DNA from: Candidatus Poribacteria bacterium
Lineage (GTDB): Bacteria > Poribacteria > WGA-4E > PCPOR2b
Length of the DNA: 64,000 nucleotides
Direction of reading: 5' to 3'
Assembly: GCA_965218095.1 (NCBI GenBank)
Contig: OZ244587.1
Location: forward strand, 5,792,001 to 5,856,000
The number at the start of each line of letters is the position of its first letter. Position 1 is the stretch's first letter. Below, one piece after another: positions 40,768 to 51,885 of the stretch. The translations under genes were made by a program, and so were the position numbers. The notes beneath the pieces are model-generated. The model was not told the origin of the DNA and did no database searches. It worked only from the letters and a program-made list of their open reading frames with translations.

Positions 40768-41478
40768 TCAATTCAGAGACGCCTTTTTCCACGGAGGTAT
40801 GTCAGTCGGTTCGCCTTTTTCCAGGGTTCTTCGAGCGATTAGATTCGCCCTCAATTTTTGGTTTTCTTGTTCAAGGAGTTCGATTTCTCGACTCAAAAGC
40901 TGATCTATCGACAATGTTTCTAACAACCGTTGTTTGTCCGTTAAAGGAATTTGTAGCCTTATCCCGATCTGGTAAGACAGGTGGTCAGGGGCAGGTGGAA
41001 TCTCTTCTACAGCTTTCCAGTCAGGAACCAACTCCGCCAATAACGATTCGTAAGCCTGATATAATTGGCTTGCTCCCACAGCCGACATTCTAAGATCGTC
41101 GTGTGTTTCTGCATTATCCGTCCCCAATGCCCTGACTTGACCCACTAAATAGGGCAGATCTCGCCGAATCTTCATAATTTCAAAGCGGTGCTGTCCGAGT
41201 GTTAGCAGGTTCATTCGACCGTCTTCCAACCGATCTACTTCTATGATTTTGACAGCAGTGCCAACGAGATGGGGTTCGGCAGGTTCACCCACTTCCCGTC
41301 CCTTTTTGATGAGAACGACGCCAAAAAGTCGCTCGTTATCCAGGCAAAATTGGATCATCAATCGATATCGCTGTTCAAAAATATGAAGTGGCAAAACGCC
41401 TCCCGGAAACAGGACAACATTCAGCGGAAAGAGCGGCATTTCGTCCTCAGACAGTTCTTGGGTTAAATCGGTTTGCAT
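40768..41478 (-). CDS. LON peptidase substrate-binding (N-terminal) domain protein
   Basis: PLFPLNVVLFPG..LPLHIFEQRYRLMI, VGT, LEDGR, KQRLLE. Confidence 0.88.
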   Translation of the reverse strand: MQTDLTQELSEDEMPLFPLNVVLFPGGVLPLHIFEQRYRLMIQFCLDNERLFGVVLIKKGREVGEPAEPHLVGTAVKIIEVDRLEDGRMNLLTLGQHRFEIMKIRRDLPYLVGQVRALGTDNAETHDDLRMSAVGASQLYQAYESLLAELVPDWKAVEEIPPAPDHLSYQIGIRLQIPLTDKQRLLETLSIDQLLSREIELLEQENQKLRANLIARRTLEKGEPTDIPPWKKASLN

Positions 41479-41614
41479 GGTTTAACTCCTGATTCCGTCG
41501 ATGGAAATAAAAGTTGTGTGTCCATTAATTTCAAGTTTAGCACACGATACGACAGGTGTCAATAGAGAAATGAGTAGAATTAAGGAGAAAGGGAAGAAAG
41601 AAAGGAATGGAAGA

Positions 41615-42899
41615 ATGACAAACATCAACATTTGTAATCCGCTGCTTCGCACACCGTTATCGCTGATCGTCGATGACTCGTGTCCTGTCATTAATCTGAC
41701 TTATTACTAGATCCAGCAGCGCGATGCGTGGAAGGCAAAACACCAGCCCGGTGTCCCACCGGATCGATGGGAAGGTGAACTAGCGAAGGTGGCCAGCCTA
41801 TCGCGGACGATTCCCGTCGCGGACGATTCCCGCGGATTTCGCCAGAGAGTGGGGGGAGTGGTGCTGGGAAAATGGGATCAAAGGCAAATTCAGCTTGATC
41901 CCTTACCCTGCGGGTGTTGGACGAGTTAATCAGGGGTTTCCCGGTTTCCCGAAATGGGAATATCATGAGTGGATGCACATTTATCGGGACATTATCTGGC
42001 CCAACTTCGATCTGACACCCGAGATGCTGACCCACACCGCTGTCGTGGACTTGAAGACCTTTGAATTGACGGAAGCGTGGGAGCAGCGAGAGTGGGTCGA
42101 TCCGCCCGTCGAATTGCTGACAGATTATATTGCAGCGGCGATGCAACTGCTTGATAACGTCGGCATGCCGTGCGAAGGCGTGACAAGTCCGGGAGCATTC
42201 GGTAAACACAAGGAGGCGGCATACGCGAGGGCAGTCCTTGATGCGTCACTCTGCGTGAACAACGATCCGCGTCCGCTCTATTTCCTGTGGCTTAAACGCG
42301 ATGAATTTCCTGATGTACCGATTTGGTATGCAGAGAAGGAGAAAGGCATCGCAATCGCCAGCATCGTGGCGTGTGCAGGGGATTGGTTCGGCGGTTGGAC
42401 AGGGTATGACCGAGGCAATCCGGATCTGCTCATTACCAAAGATCTGCAGGGTGGTCGCCTGCCGCCGATTCTCGAAAAAGAACTACCGTGCGTTCTCGTT
42501 GGGCATTGGCCCGTCTTCCATTTCAACGGAGAGAAAATTGGTTTTGATGTCCTTGAGAAAGTCAAGTGGAGACTTGATGACTATGACCCCAACGGTACGA
42601 AGACGATATGGTTAAAAACATCGGAGATTGGACGCTACTGTATGGCGCGACAGTTGTCCGACATTGAGGTCATAGATGAACAGATTCGGGTCAGGACAAA
42701 TTTTCCGGCGGCGAATTTTACGCTGGAACTTAGCGATTTTGCGGTACAACATGTCCAACTCAACGGCATCAATCTGCGGCAAGTCCATTCACGGCGAGAT
42801 TTTCAGCGTGATACGTTCCTCGTCGAAGGGAAACGAATGTTTCTGGCGTTTGATCTGCCGGTAGGAGAGACGATCGCCGATGTAATGCGTGATACGTAA
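41615..42899 (+). pseudogene. Conserved hypothetical (possibly polysaccharide-deacetylase-like) pseudogene
   Basis: PLSLIVDDS..VINL, GIKGKFSLIPYP, PEMLTH, GVTSPGAFG, HWP. TAG at 41708 and a frameshifting 16-bp duplication at 41801-41832. Confidence 0.7.
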
Positions 42900-42970
42900 A
42901 ACGTGAAACGTAAAAAGATATGAGAAAACGTTACCCAGCGAAAAACTCGCAAAAAGAAGAGGTGAAGCAA

Positions 42971-43537
42971 ATGGCAGTTGCCCCCCCCAATTTGTTATCT
43001 AACGAATTACAAGGATTACTGTTAAAGATTGCGCGAGACGCAATTGAATCCCATCTCAGGGGCAGAATACCGTCGAAATTCCAGGTTTCGGAGACAAATC
43101 TTTTACAAAAATGCGGTGCGTTTGTCACCTTACACAAAGCAGGCAAGCTGCGAGGTTGCGTCGGTCATCTCGTATCCGACAAGCCGCTGTACGAGACGGT
43201 CGCAGAGGTTGCCGTTAGCGCTGCAACCCGAGATTCACGCTTCAATCGTGTTACCCTCCCGGAGATGTCAGAGATCAAACTTGGGATCTCTGTCCTGACG
43301 CCGCTTCAACGCCTTGAGCACATTGAAGAGATTGAGATTGGCGTTCACGGGTTGTATATCAGACATAGTGGACAAAGTGGTCTGCTCTTGCCACAAGTTG
43401 TGACGACATATGGCTGGAATCGCACCCAATTCCTCCAACAGACCTGCATAAAAGCGGGACTGCCAGAGAAAGCATGGCAAGAGCCGGAAGCGAAGGTTTA
43501 CCTGTTCCGTTCGCAGGTTTTTGGGGAGGATGTATAA
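42971..43537 (+). CDS. amrA: AMMECR1-domain protein (AmmeMemoRadiSam protein A)
   Basis: GAFVTL...LRGCVG, D.RF, ISVL, G.HGL, GLLLPQV, KAGLP..AW. Confidence 0.88.
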   Translation: MAVAPPNLLSNELQGLLLKIARDAIESHLRGRIPSKFQVSETNLLQKCGAFVTLHKAGKLRGCVGHLVSDKPLYETVAEVAVSAATRDSRFNRVTLPEMSEIKLGISVLTPLQRLEHIEEIEIGVHGLYIRHSGQSGLLLPQVVTTYGWNRTQFLQQTCIKAGLPEKAWQEPEAKVYLFRSQVFGEDV

Positions 43538-43549
43538 AAAATGCCGTTA

Positions 43550-43745
43550 TCATCGGCGCTCTGGGGCAATCGAACCCGCTGACTTTATATTCGATGGTCT
43601 TTCACCCACTACAGGAATCACGTAGCTCACAATCGCCTTGCCTTCGATCGCCTCCTTTTCTTCCCGCGCTTCACGCTTGCTGCGGTAATCAAACACAACG
43701 TAGTATCCCGATGTGACGCCTTCCAATTTGGGATATTCCGCCGAT
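43550..43745 (-). pseudogene. C-terminal remnant of an AAA/PD-(D/E)xK-type protein
   Basis: 'EGVTSGYYVVFDYR...GKAIVSYVIPV' tail; the 5' part is replaced by a purine/pyrimidine repeat. Confidence 0.4.
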
Positions 43746-43762
43746 GGGACTCTAAAGCGATT

Positions 43763-43900
43763 GGAAGAAGGGAAAAGATGGGGAACAAGGAGAGGGGAAA
43801 AAGTGAGGAAATGAAAAGGAAAAAAGGAAGAATGGAAGGATGGAGGGAAATGCGAGGAGTGATGATACACGCATCACGTTTTACGTTTCACGCATCACGC
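43763..43900 (+). repeat. Longest intergenic copy of the purine-tract plus heptamer repeat
   Basis: About 90 nt that are almost all purine (AAGGAAGAATGGAAGGATGG), then CACGCATCACGTTTTACGTTTCACGCATCACG. Confidence 0.75.
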
Positions 43901-43982
43901 AGCAGGTATTTTGTGTTCACATCGTCGCGACAGATGTGTTATAATGAACTTCGGCTAATCCGTGGATAGTAAAGACTGGAGA

Positions 43983-44050
43983 GCAGATTTTGCGGATTAT
44001 CATCCGCACGGATTATTTATCCGCGTAATCCTATGAGATCCGCGGTTCTT
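43983..44050. repeat. CGGATT...AATCCG-type imperfect palindromic repeat (related copies at ~4115-4180 and ~40600-40670)
   Basis: GCAGATTTTGCGGATT ... ATCCGCGTAATCC ... ATCCGCGG. Confidence 0.5.
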
Positions 44051-44080
44051 AAAACTAAAGATAGAAGAAAATGACGTGGA

Positions 44081-47000
44081 ATGAGTATACAAGTCACCTC
44101 AGGTTTGGTGGAAAGAACCGTGCGTAACACCAGCCCCATCCTGTGGCTAATTTCCTTTTTCTCTGGCGCCTGCGGTTTGATCTACGAAGTGATCTGGGCT
44201 CGCTAGCTCATGCTGTTTTTCGGAAGTCCCGTGTTTGCTGTGATCACGACGTTGAGTGCCTTCATGGCGGGCTTGGGGCTTGGCAGCTTTTACTTTGCGC
44301 GTTTGGTGAATAGAGAAGGGCGCCCATTACGCCTGTACGCCTTCCTTGTAGCGGGTATCGGGTGCTTCGCACTCATATTCCCGTTACTGTTGAGTATCCT
44401 CAACGCGATCTGTGTCCTCGTCTATCGCGGACTAAATACAAGGTTCTATTCGCTTTCATTGATCCGGTTTGTCCTGTCGTTTCTCGTTCTGCTCATCCCA
44501 TCGACATTGATGGGAGGCGCACTTCTCGTTCTCAGTAAATTCTTCCTGGAAAGATTTGAAGGATTCAAAGTCAGCACCCTCTTCACGCTCAACACGCTAG
44601 GCGCAACGGTCGGTTGTATCGGCGCTGGCTTTTTCTTCATCCAGCTTTTAGGCCTTCAGAATTCTGTCTGCCTGGGCGCAGCGATTAACCTGGGTGTAGT
44701 GGGGATTGTTCTCGGTTTAGATCTACGGCAGAATTTGACCGAAGCAGGGGGGAAAGCAGATCCCGTTTTTTCAGAAGAAGGAATAGAAGATAAGCCATCG
44801 TGGCGGTTGGCGCGGTGGGGATTTGCCATCTCGGGATTCTGCGCTCTGGTTTATGCAGTCCTCTGGACGCGTATCCTTGTATCTTTCCTCAGCAACACGA
44901 CTTACGCCTTCTCGGTCATGCTAGCAACCCTACTTTTTGGCGGGGCTTTCGGGAGTTTTTTGTTTGCGTGGATTGTGCATCGGGTGAAGCCGCTCGTCAG
45001 CCTTTTCGGATTGACGCAGATTGGGATTGGACTATCTGTAGTCGTACTGATGCCCGCTTTTGGAGAACTACATGGCATCAGCAGAGGGATCCAAGCGGCC
45101 TTTGGGATGGGACGAATCTGGGAATTGGTCGCAGCCTTCATCCTGATGATCCTTCCTGCCATCTTGATGGGAGCAAGTTTTCCGCTGGTCACGCGGATTT
45201 ACACTATTAGCGAAGTGCGATTGGGGCGCAGCATCGGGGCAGTTTACCCATTCTACGCAATCGGTGCATTTCTCGGATCGTTGTGCACAGGGTTTATCCT
45301 GATTCCGCTAATCGGGGTACAGCCAAGCATTTTCTTGATGGCCGGGTTAAATACGATTATGGGCTGTACCTTAATCCTCCGGAATGAGGAGAAGTTACAA
45401 CTTCTCAGTGGGGCCGCAATTGGTGGAGCAATCCTGACCGGTGGGGTTGGGTTAATAGTGCTGCTCTGGGCGAATACACCTCTCTTCTTGAAAATCTTCT
45501 TGAAAAACGAAATATTTTGGACGCAACGTTCAAAATATACGTTGGTCGAGTATAGCGAAGCGGTTGATGCGAACATCATCACGCTGATGGACAATAAGGG
45601 TGTCCATCGGATGTATATTGATAATAACCAGGTTGCTAATACTTCCCGCTGGGTTTCTCCCTCGCATCGCGTCATTGCCCATCTCCCCTTGCTCCTTCAC
45701 CCGCGTCCGAAGCGTGCGCTCGTCGTTGGATTCGGCATGGGCGTCACCCCCGCTTCGATGGTGCAACACGGTGTGCGTGTGGATGTCGTCGAAAGTTCAC
45801 AGGCCGTCATCGAAGCGGCCCGTAAATACTTTCCCGACGCAAACGATAACCTCTTCGGCAATTCATTGTTCAATCACACACTCAATGATGAGCGAAACTA
45901 TGTCCTGATGACGCGGAATCGATATGACGTAATCTCCACGGGGATTATCCACCCGCTTGTAAGTTCGAGGGGGCCAACCTCTACACCGCGAATTTCTACA
46001 GATTGTGCAAGCGCATTCTGACGGAAGATGGTATTATGTGTCAGTGGGTGCCGCTTGACCGATTGCCGGAAGAACACTACAAGCGGATCGTGAGAACCTT
46101 TATCGAAGTGTTTCCGTACACAACGATCTGGTACAAATATACGCCAGACTTCGCCATCCTGATTGGTACTCCAGAGCAACTCAAGGTTAATTATAGGCGT
46201 TTTATGGAAAGAGCACAGATTCCAAGCGTTCGCGAAGACCTTGCGGGTAATGATCTGGATGGTATGTCACTGCTCGATTCATTCATGATGGGTGATACGA
46301 TTGTCCGACAATATGTCGGCAATGGCCCAATTCATATAGACAATCGTCCACGTCTGGAATTTTTCCGCTCCCAAGATCTCGTGAATACAACCTACAAAAA
46401 CCTTGAGGGGATGGTGAAATATCGCGAACGTGTCACGCCATATTTGACCAATTACGGACGCACGATGGCGGAAAAAATCGAGGAGAGAAAGAAGATTGAT
46501 CTTTACTTCAAGGCAACCCAAAGACTGATTCAGGGACAGATTGAATATGCCAAATGGCAGTATGAAAGGGCTGTTAGCTTGTTTAACCAGGCACTCACCA
46601 TTAACCCAGGTGATGAAACAATTCGATACAATTTTGAAGTTGCCATCGGATTGGTCCGTGAAGGGGAGCAAGATGAATTCAAGCAACTTGAGCAGGAGGT
46701 CAAGCGGATTTTACGAAGAGATCCGGAGGATGTGGAAGGGTACATTCACCTAGCGGTTATCCACGAAAGCCAGGGGAAATTGGTTGAAGCCACAGAAGCA
46801 CTTGAAGAAGCCCTCAAATATGCGCCGGCTCGACCGGATCTTTATGTACTGCTCGGACCGATTTATGAACGCCAAGAACGCTACGATGAAGCGTTGCGTA
46901 CTTATCAACGGTTTGAAAAATTAGACCCCAATCCCCCTTCTATCATTTTCACGGCTATGGCATCGATTTATCATTTTCATAAGAAAATGCTGCCCGAAGC

Positions 47001-47307
47001 CCTCAAATATGCGCAAAAGGCGTTGAGGGCTGATCCGAATTCCTGGCGTGTGCATGACCTGTTGGGCAATATCTATGCAGATAGGAATGAGGTTAAAAAG
47101 GCAATTGATTCTTTCAAGCAAGCAATGAAGTTCGCGCCGAATGAGCCGATGCCTCGTAGCGATCTAGCGCATATGTGTTTTGCCCAGAAGCGTTATGGCG
47201 AAGCGTTGAAAGCCATTGACGAAGCGATTCGTCTCGTCCCAGATGAACCATACTTTCAAGAACAACGCCGCCAGATCCAGGAGGCGATGATGTCGGACAA
47301 AAAATGA
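44081..47307 (+). pseudogene. Fused MFS-like/spermidine synthase-like protein with C-terminal TPRs, disrupted
   Basis: SGACGLIYEVIWAR*, AFMAGLGLGS, LMGASFP, ALVVGFGMGVT, YDVI, TPRs. TAG at 44204 and a frameshift in the G-run near 45970. Confidence 0.8.
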
Positions 47308-47396
47308 ACAAACGAGGAAATGGGACGCGCCTGATACTTCCATGTTCTCTGTCGCAGCGAGCATATATGTGATGACATACTGAAAAGGAGAATCCT

Positions 47397-48404
47397 ATGA
47401 AACTTGGAATTAATACCCATTTCATCATGAAATTTGGGTTTGAAGAGGGACTGAGATTTTGCCAGGACCTCGCGTTGAAGGCAGTCGAGGTCGCGGCAAC
47501 TGAATCCGACGCCAAAAGGTACTGCGATGTAGACAAATTATTGGCGGACGAAGGCGAACTTCACCGCTGGCTGGACGCCTACGCCAGTCACAGCCTTGAG
47601 ATTTATTCCTTCGCCGGCCACGGTGCGCCACTGTCACCGGACAAGGAGATCGCCGCCGAATACTCACACCAGTTTCGACAGGCGTGCAAACTGATGGAGC
47701 AGATTGGTGTCACGCGGCTGGCGTTGGTAGCAGGTTTGCCCGAAGGCGTCGAGGGAGATACCATCCCAAACTGGATTATCAACACCGACCAGCCCATCTT
47801 TCGTGACGCCTTGGAATGGCAATGGGAGAAGCGTCTCATCCCCTACTGGAAAGAGCATGGAAAGGTCGCCGCCGACCACGGCGTGACGCTGTGCTTCGAG
47901 ATGCAAGTCAACGACATGATCCATACGCCGGTCAAACTCAGGCGGCTGCGCGATGAGATTGGCCCGGTTGTTGCCTGCAATTTCGATATTTCACATATGT
48001 GGGTGCAAGGCATCGATCCGTTCGAGGCGATGCACTATCTGGGCGACCTCATTGAGAATGTCCATCTCAAGGACACGTTAATCCACGACCCCAATGCTCG
48101 GTTGCGCGGCCTATTCGACTCGACTAATCCGACTCAACCTGAGCATCGCTCTTGGGCATTTACCCTGCCGGGATGGGGTCATGACGAGCAGACTTGGCGC
48201 GAAGTCATCACGACACTGCGCTTTTTGGGCTACGAAGGCATTCTTTCTCTTGAGATGGAGAGTGAGTACATCGAGATTCAGGAAGGATTGGAAAAGACAG
48301 TGGCGTTCATCAAGTCGATGGTACTGGAGGAGCCGCAAGGACCGTCGTGGTGGCAAGTGACGGAGTTACATGAACGTTGGAAAGCGGCGAAGGCAAGGGA
48401 GTAA
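47397..48404 (+). CDS. Sugar phosphate isomerase/epimerase (TIM barrel)
   Basis: FEM, NFDISH.WVQGIDP, VHLKD, GWGH, LSLEME. Confidence 0.88.
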   Translation: MKLGINTHFIMKFGFEEGLRFCQDLALKAVEVAATESDAKRYCDVDKLLADEGELHRWLDAYASHSLEIYSFAGHGAPLSPDKEIAAEYSHQFRQACKLMEQIGVTRLALVAGLPEGVEGDTIPNWIINTDQPIFRDALEWQWEKRLIPYWKEHGKVAADHGVTLCFEMQVNDMIHTPVKLRRLRDEIGPVVACNFDISHMWVQGIDPFEAMHYLGDLIENVHLKDTLIHDPNARLRGLFDSTNPTQPEHRSWAFTLPGWGHDEQTWREVITTLRFLGYEGILSLEMESEYIEIQEGLEKTVAFIKSMVLEEPQGPSWWQVTELHERWKAAKARE

Positions 48405-48433
48405 TGTGTAGTTGTTCATTCCGAAGGTGGGGA

Positions 48434-48620
48434 AATTAAATGACCCTCCACAATCGCAGGGTCATTTAATTCTTGGATAAGTAAACGCCGATTGAGTATA
48501 ACGAAGTGTATCGAAATCCTTGGTGCTTTGCACCGGAGCCGATCTGTCGGTGCAGGCGTTGGTCTTGATATGACTTCGTCTACTCGACCGACGCCCAAAA
48601 GTGGGAAATTAAATGTCCCT
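48434..48620. mobile_element. MITE-like element (48458-48620) plus an extra adjacent end copy
   Basis: AATTAAATGACCCT at 48434-48447, AGGGTCATTTAATT at 48458-48471, AATTAAATGTCCCT at 48607-48620. Both right-end copies are followed by (c/t)CACAA. Confidence 0.55.
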
Positions 48621-48715
48621 TCACAACCCGAAAGTCATTGACAACGCCAGATACCTTTGCTAAAATTATGGGTAATTTGGGGGACGGAAATTCTGTGTAT
48701 GAACAGGTTAGCAAG

Positions 48716-49162
48716 ATGAGGCCTCGCACACAAGCAAGGGTGTTTACGCTTCAGATGTTGTATCAAGCAGAGATTACAAATGATCCGGTAGACTGCGTCC
48801 AGGAACGTTTCTGGCAGGTATGCGAAGCATCGGCAACCGTTAAACACTTTGCAAACCTTCTCACCGAAGGTGCCTCGAAACATCTTGCCACCATAGATCC
48901 AGCGATTCGCTCGGCAGCGACCAATTGGGAACTCCACCGAATGCCGGTTGTCGATCGGTGCATCCTGCGAAGCACAGCCTATGAGCTCCTTTACCTCGTT
49001 GACATTTCCCCGGCGGTTTCAATCAACGAGGCGATTGAGCTTGCCAAAAAATATAGCACAGAAGACTCGCCACAATTTATCAATGCAATTTTGGATAAGA
49101 TCAAAGACATGGGCGCTGAATTGGTAAGTTTAGAACATCTAACAACAAGTGGGGGTGAATAG
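48716..49162 (+). CDS. nusB: Transcription antitermination factor NusB
   Basis: R.QAR..LQMLYQ, W.L.RM..VDR.ILR, VSINEAIELAKKYS, FINAILD. Confidence 0.92.
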   Translation: MRPRTQARVFTLQMLYQAEITNDPVDCVQERFWQVCEASATVKHFANLLTEGASKHLATIDPAIRSAATNWELHRMPVVDRCILRSTAYELLYLVDISPAVSINEAIELAKKYSTEDSPQFINAILDKIKDMGAELVSLEHLTTSGGE

Positions 49163-50956
49163 TTGATAATATTACGCAAGGTATTTTGGGTGTTGATTGT
49201 AAGCCTGTTGATTCAACCTGTTGCCGATGCACATCGGGAAGTCAAATTTGTCCAGGAGTTTGGCGGAAAGGGCGAGCAGGAAGGCAAATTCGCTGAGAAA
49301 ATCTTCCTCGCCTTCGATCGGGAAGACGGGATTTACATTACGGACACCGAAAATTTTAGAATCCAAAAACTCGATACCGATGGGCATTTTCAATTTGAGA
49401 TCAAGACGACCGACCCGGATGGGTTCATCCTGAGAAATCCGATGGACATCACCGTTGGCAAAGACGGAACGATTTACGTCATGGATTGGATCACCACACT
49501 GGTGGCTGGCACTGAAAACCCAAAAGTCTTTAACTATGCACCTTGCATTCATCTATTCAATCCGGATGGTAACTTCATGGCAAGCTATTCCCTCCAGGAT
49601 TTAAGCAAACGGATAAGGTTGGTCGAAGGCGCCGCACCAGGGCTTGACGCCGAAGGAAAATACGCCCTCATCATCCCACAAGGGGATACCCAAAGGTCCT
49701 TCCTATTGACAGTTGATGACGAGGGGAACATCTATGTTTTCGATGATGGTGATATTTATAAACTCGACCCAAATGGTCAGCCTGTGGCGACTTTCACCGC
49801 TTTCCAACCCAGTGCAGGACAGTTGAGCAAAGCTGTGGATATGACCGTAGACCGTCAGGGAAACCTTTACATCGCGGATGAGGCGGCGCATCGCGTCCTG
49901 AAATATGATGCCAACGGTCAATTCTTGCTATCATTCGGTGAGTATGGCGATCGCGCGGGACAGTTTATTTCCCCCTTCCACCTCATCGCGCTTGACGACG
50001 GGACGATTCTTGTCGCGGATCGAGCCAAATATAAGAAGGATTACGCGTCGGATTTACCCAGAAGGCAATATGATCCGTTTCAGTTTGGTGCTTATCCCTA
50101 CCGTGTCTTCCGCACCCGCTTGAGGCGTGTTCAGCGATTCTACGCCGACGGAGAATATGCCGAGAAGATCCTGAGCCGTTTCCAGCGCGAGAACGAACAG
50201 CAAGCCCATCTCAAGCTCAAAGCCATTGACTACAGCGGCAACCTTTACTTCGTTGACACGGGAACCTTGAAGTTTAGGGTGTTCGCTCCAACTTCTCCAC
50301 TGATCTCTTCTGCATTTCAAACAGAAGTCAAATTGCGATACATCGCTGACGTTGAAGATATCGAAATAGACAACCAGGATGACCTGGATGCAAATCTTGG
50401 AACCAAAGCTGATTTTGATGAGCGGATTAAACAGTATCAGCTAGGTGCGGAAATCATGCTCGCTTATGATGTAAACGAAGATTTTCGATTCGAGATCTCT
50501 AACGATTTGATTTACCTGAAATACACTGACACAAGTTTCTTCCGAACGAGGGATTTCGAGGATTTCCGAGGACGTTTCAATCAGGACGATGAATCGACCC
50601 AAAAAATGTGGGAGGACCAGATCCAGATTGACTTTACCCTGATCCGGAATCATAATCCTTACCGTTATAGAACGGCCGGGGTGTTCGCCTACCTCAACGT
50701 CATCCGAAATGATTTCATCAACGATGCACTCGATCCAACCAACCGCCGATTCTTTGACTTCAGAGCGCGAATTTCCAGTTGGGGCGCAGGGATGCACTAT
50801 GACCTCGGCAAGGCATTTCAACTTCAGTTTATGGTTTCCCATTCCTTCGGCTTTAATGAGTATAGTTATATCGATGAAACCAATGTCCTGTATGCGACAG
50901 GCTTTATAGAGGGAGGCGGCACAATAGCACTTCTTAGCATTGATGGCGTATTTTGA
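49163..50956 (+). CDS. Secreted NHL-repeat protein with a probable C-terminal outer-membrane beta-barrel
   Basis: Signal peptide, NHL repeats (IYITDTENFRIQK; LYIADEAAHRVLKY), alternating beta-strand pattern, terminal Phe. Confidence 0.7.
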   Translation: MIILRKVFWVLIVSLLIQPVADAHREVKFVQEFGGKGEQEGKFAEKIFLAFDREDGIYITDTENFRIQKLDTDGHFQFEIKTTDPDGFILRNPMDITVGKDGTIYVMDWITTLVAGTENPKVFNYAPCIHLFNPDGNFMASYSLQDLSKRIRLVEGAAPGLDAEGKYALIIPQGDTQRSFLLTVDDEGNIYVFDDGDIYKLDPNGQPVATFTAFQPSAGQLSKAVDMTVDRQGNLYIADEAAHRVLKYDANGQFLLSFGEYGDRAGQFISPFHLIALDDGTILVADRAKYKKDYASDLPRRQYDPFQFGAYPYRVFRTRLRRVQRFYADGEYAEKILSRFQRENEQQAHLKLKAIDYSGNLYFVDTGTLKFRVFAPTSPLISSAFQTEVKLRYIADVEDIEIDNQDDLDANLGTKADFDERIKQYQLGAEIMLAYDVNEDFRFEISNDLIYLKYTDTSFFRTRDFEDFRGRFNQDDESTQKMWEDQIQIDFTLIRNHNPYRYRTAGVFAYLNVIRNDFINDALDPTNRRFFDFRARISSWGAGMHYDLGKAFQLQFMVSHSFGFNEYSYIDETNVLYATGFIEGGGTIALLSIDGVF

Positions 50957-51076
50957 TTTAAGGAGGACACGCGATATGTGATGGGTGCTACGTAACGCGT
51001 AGAAAACAAATGAGACAATGACGACGGCAGTTCAGGGTGGTTTTCTTGCCACCCTTTTTTGATATGAGGTAAACTG

Positions 51077-51847
51077 ATGAGAAAGGTGCGAATCGGCATG
51101 GTTGTGGCTATGCCGAAGAAGTGGTAAGTCGAAGAGAACTGGTCTGTTTTCGATGCCTTCGTTCGCCGCCATGCTGAAGATGATGTGGATATTTTCATCA
51201 CGCCTGAATGCTTCCTTGATGGATATGCTGTTACGGAGGAGAACTGGACAGTGGAGCGGTTTACACAGGTTGCCCAGACAATTGATAACAGCTCTTATGT
51301 GTTTGGGCTTAAAAGGCTCGCAGTCCACACGCACGCCCATATCGTATTCGGATTGACGGAACGCCAATCGACGAACTTTTATAACTGTGCACTGCTGATT
51401 GGCAGACGTGGAGAAATCATAGGGAAGTATTACAAGACACACCTTCAGAGCCATGATCTCCGCTTTACACCGGAGCGTGATTTACCTGTCTTTGAACTCG
51501 ACTGTGGTATTGCTGGGATAGCGGTTTGCGCGGATCGGCGCTGGCCAGAAACGATCCGGACGCTACGCGTGAAGAGAGCAGAGATCGTGCTGATGCCGAC
51601 TTACGGCGTGTGGTATCTCGACAATGAGTGGCGATCCTATGAGAACGAAATGTTTGTCTGCTTTGCACATCCGAATGTCGCACTGGTTACCAACCCCAGG
51701 GGACAAGTCAAAGCGAAATTGCAGTCAAACGTTCCGAGCGTATTGATCCGTGATATAGATCTGGACGAATTGACGACCAACATGCTGAAAGATCGGCGTA
51801 CTGAACTGTATGGGGTTCTGGGAGACACCACGATCCAGTTTGAGTGA
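51077..51847 (+). pseudogene. Carbon-nitrogen hydrolase (nitrilase family) with an early stop
   Basis: TPECFLDGY, YN, Y.K.HL, VCADRRWPE (E-K-C triad). TAA at 51125. Confidence 0.78.
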
Positions 51848-51885
51848 CCTGATACGTGAAAAGTGATGCGTGATTCGTTGACTTT

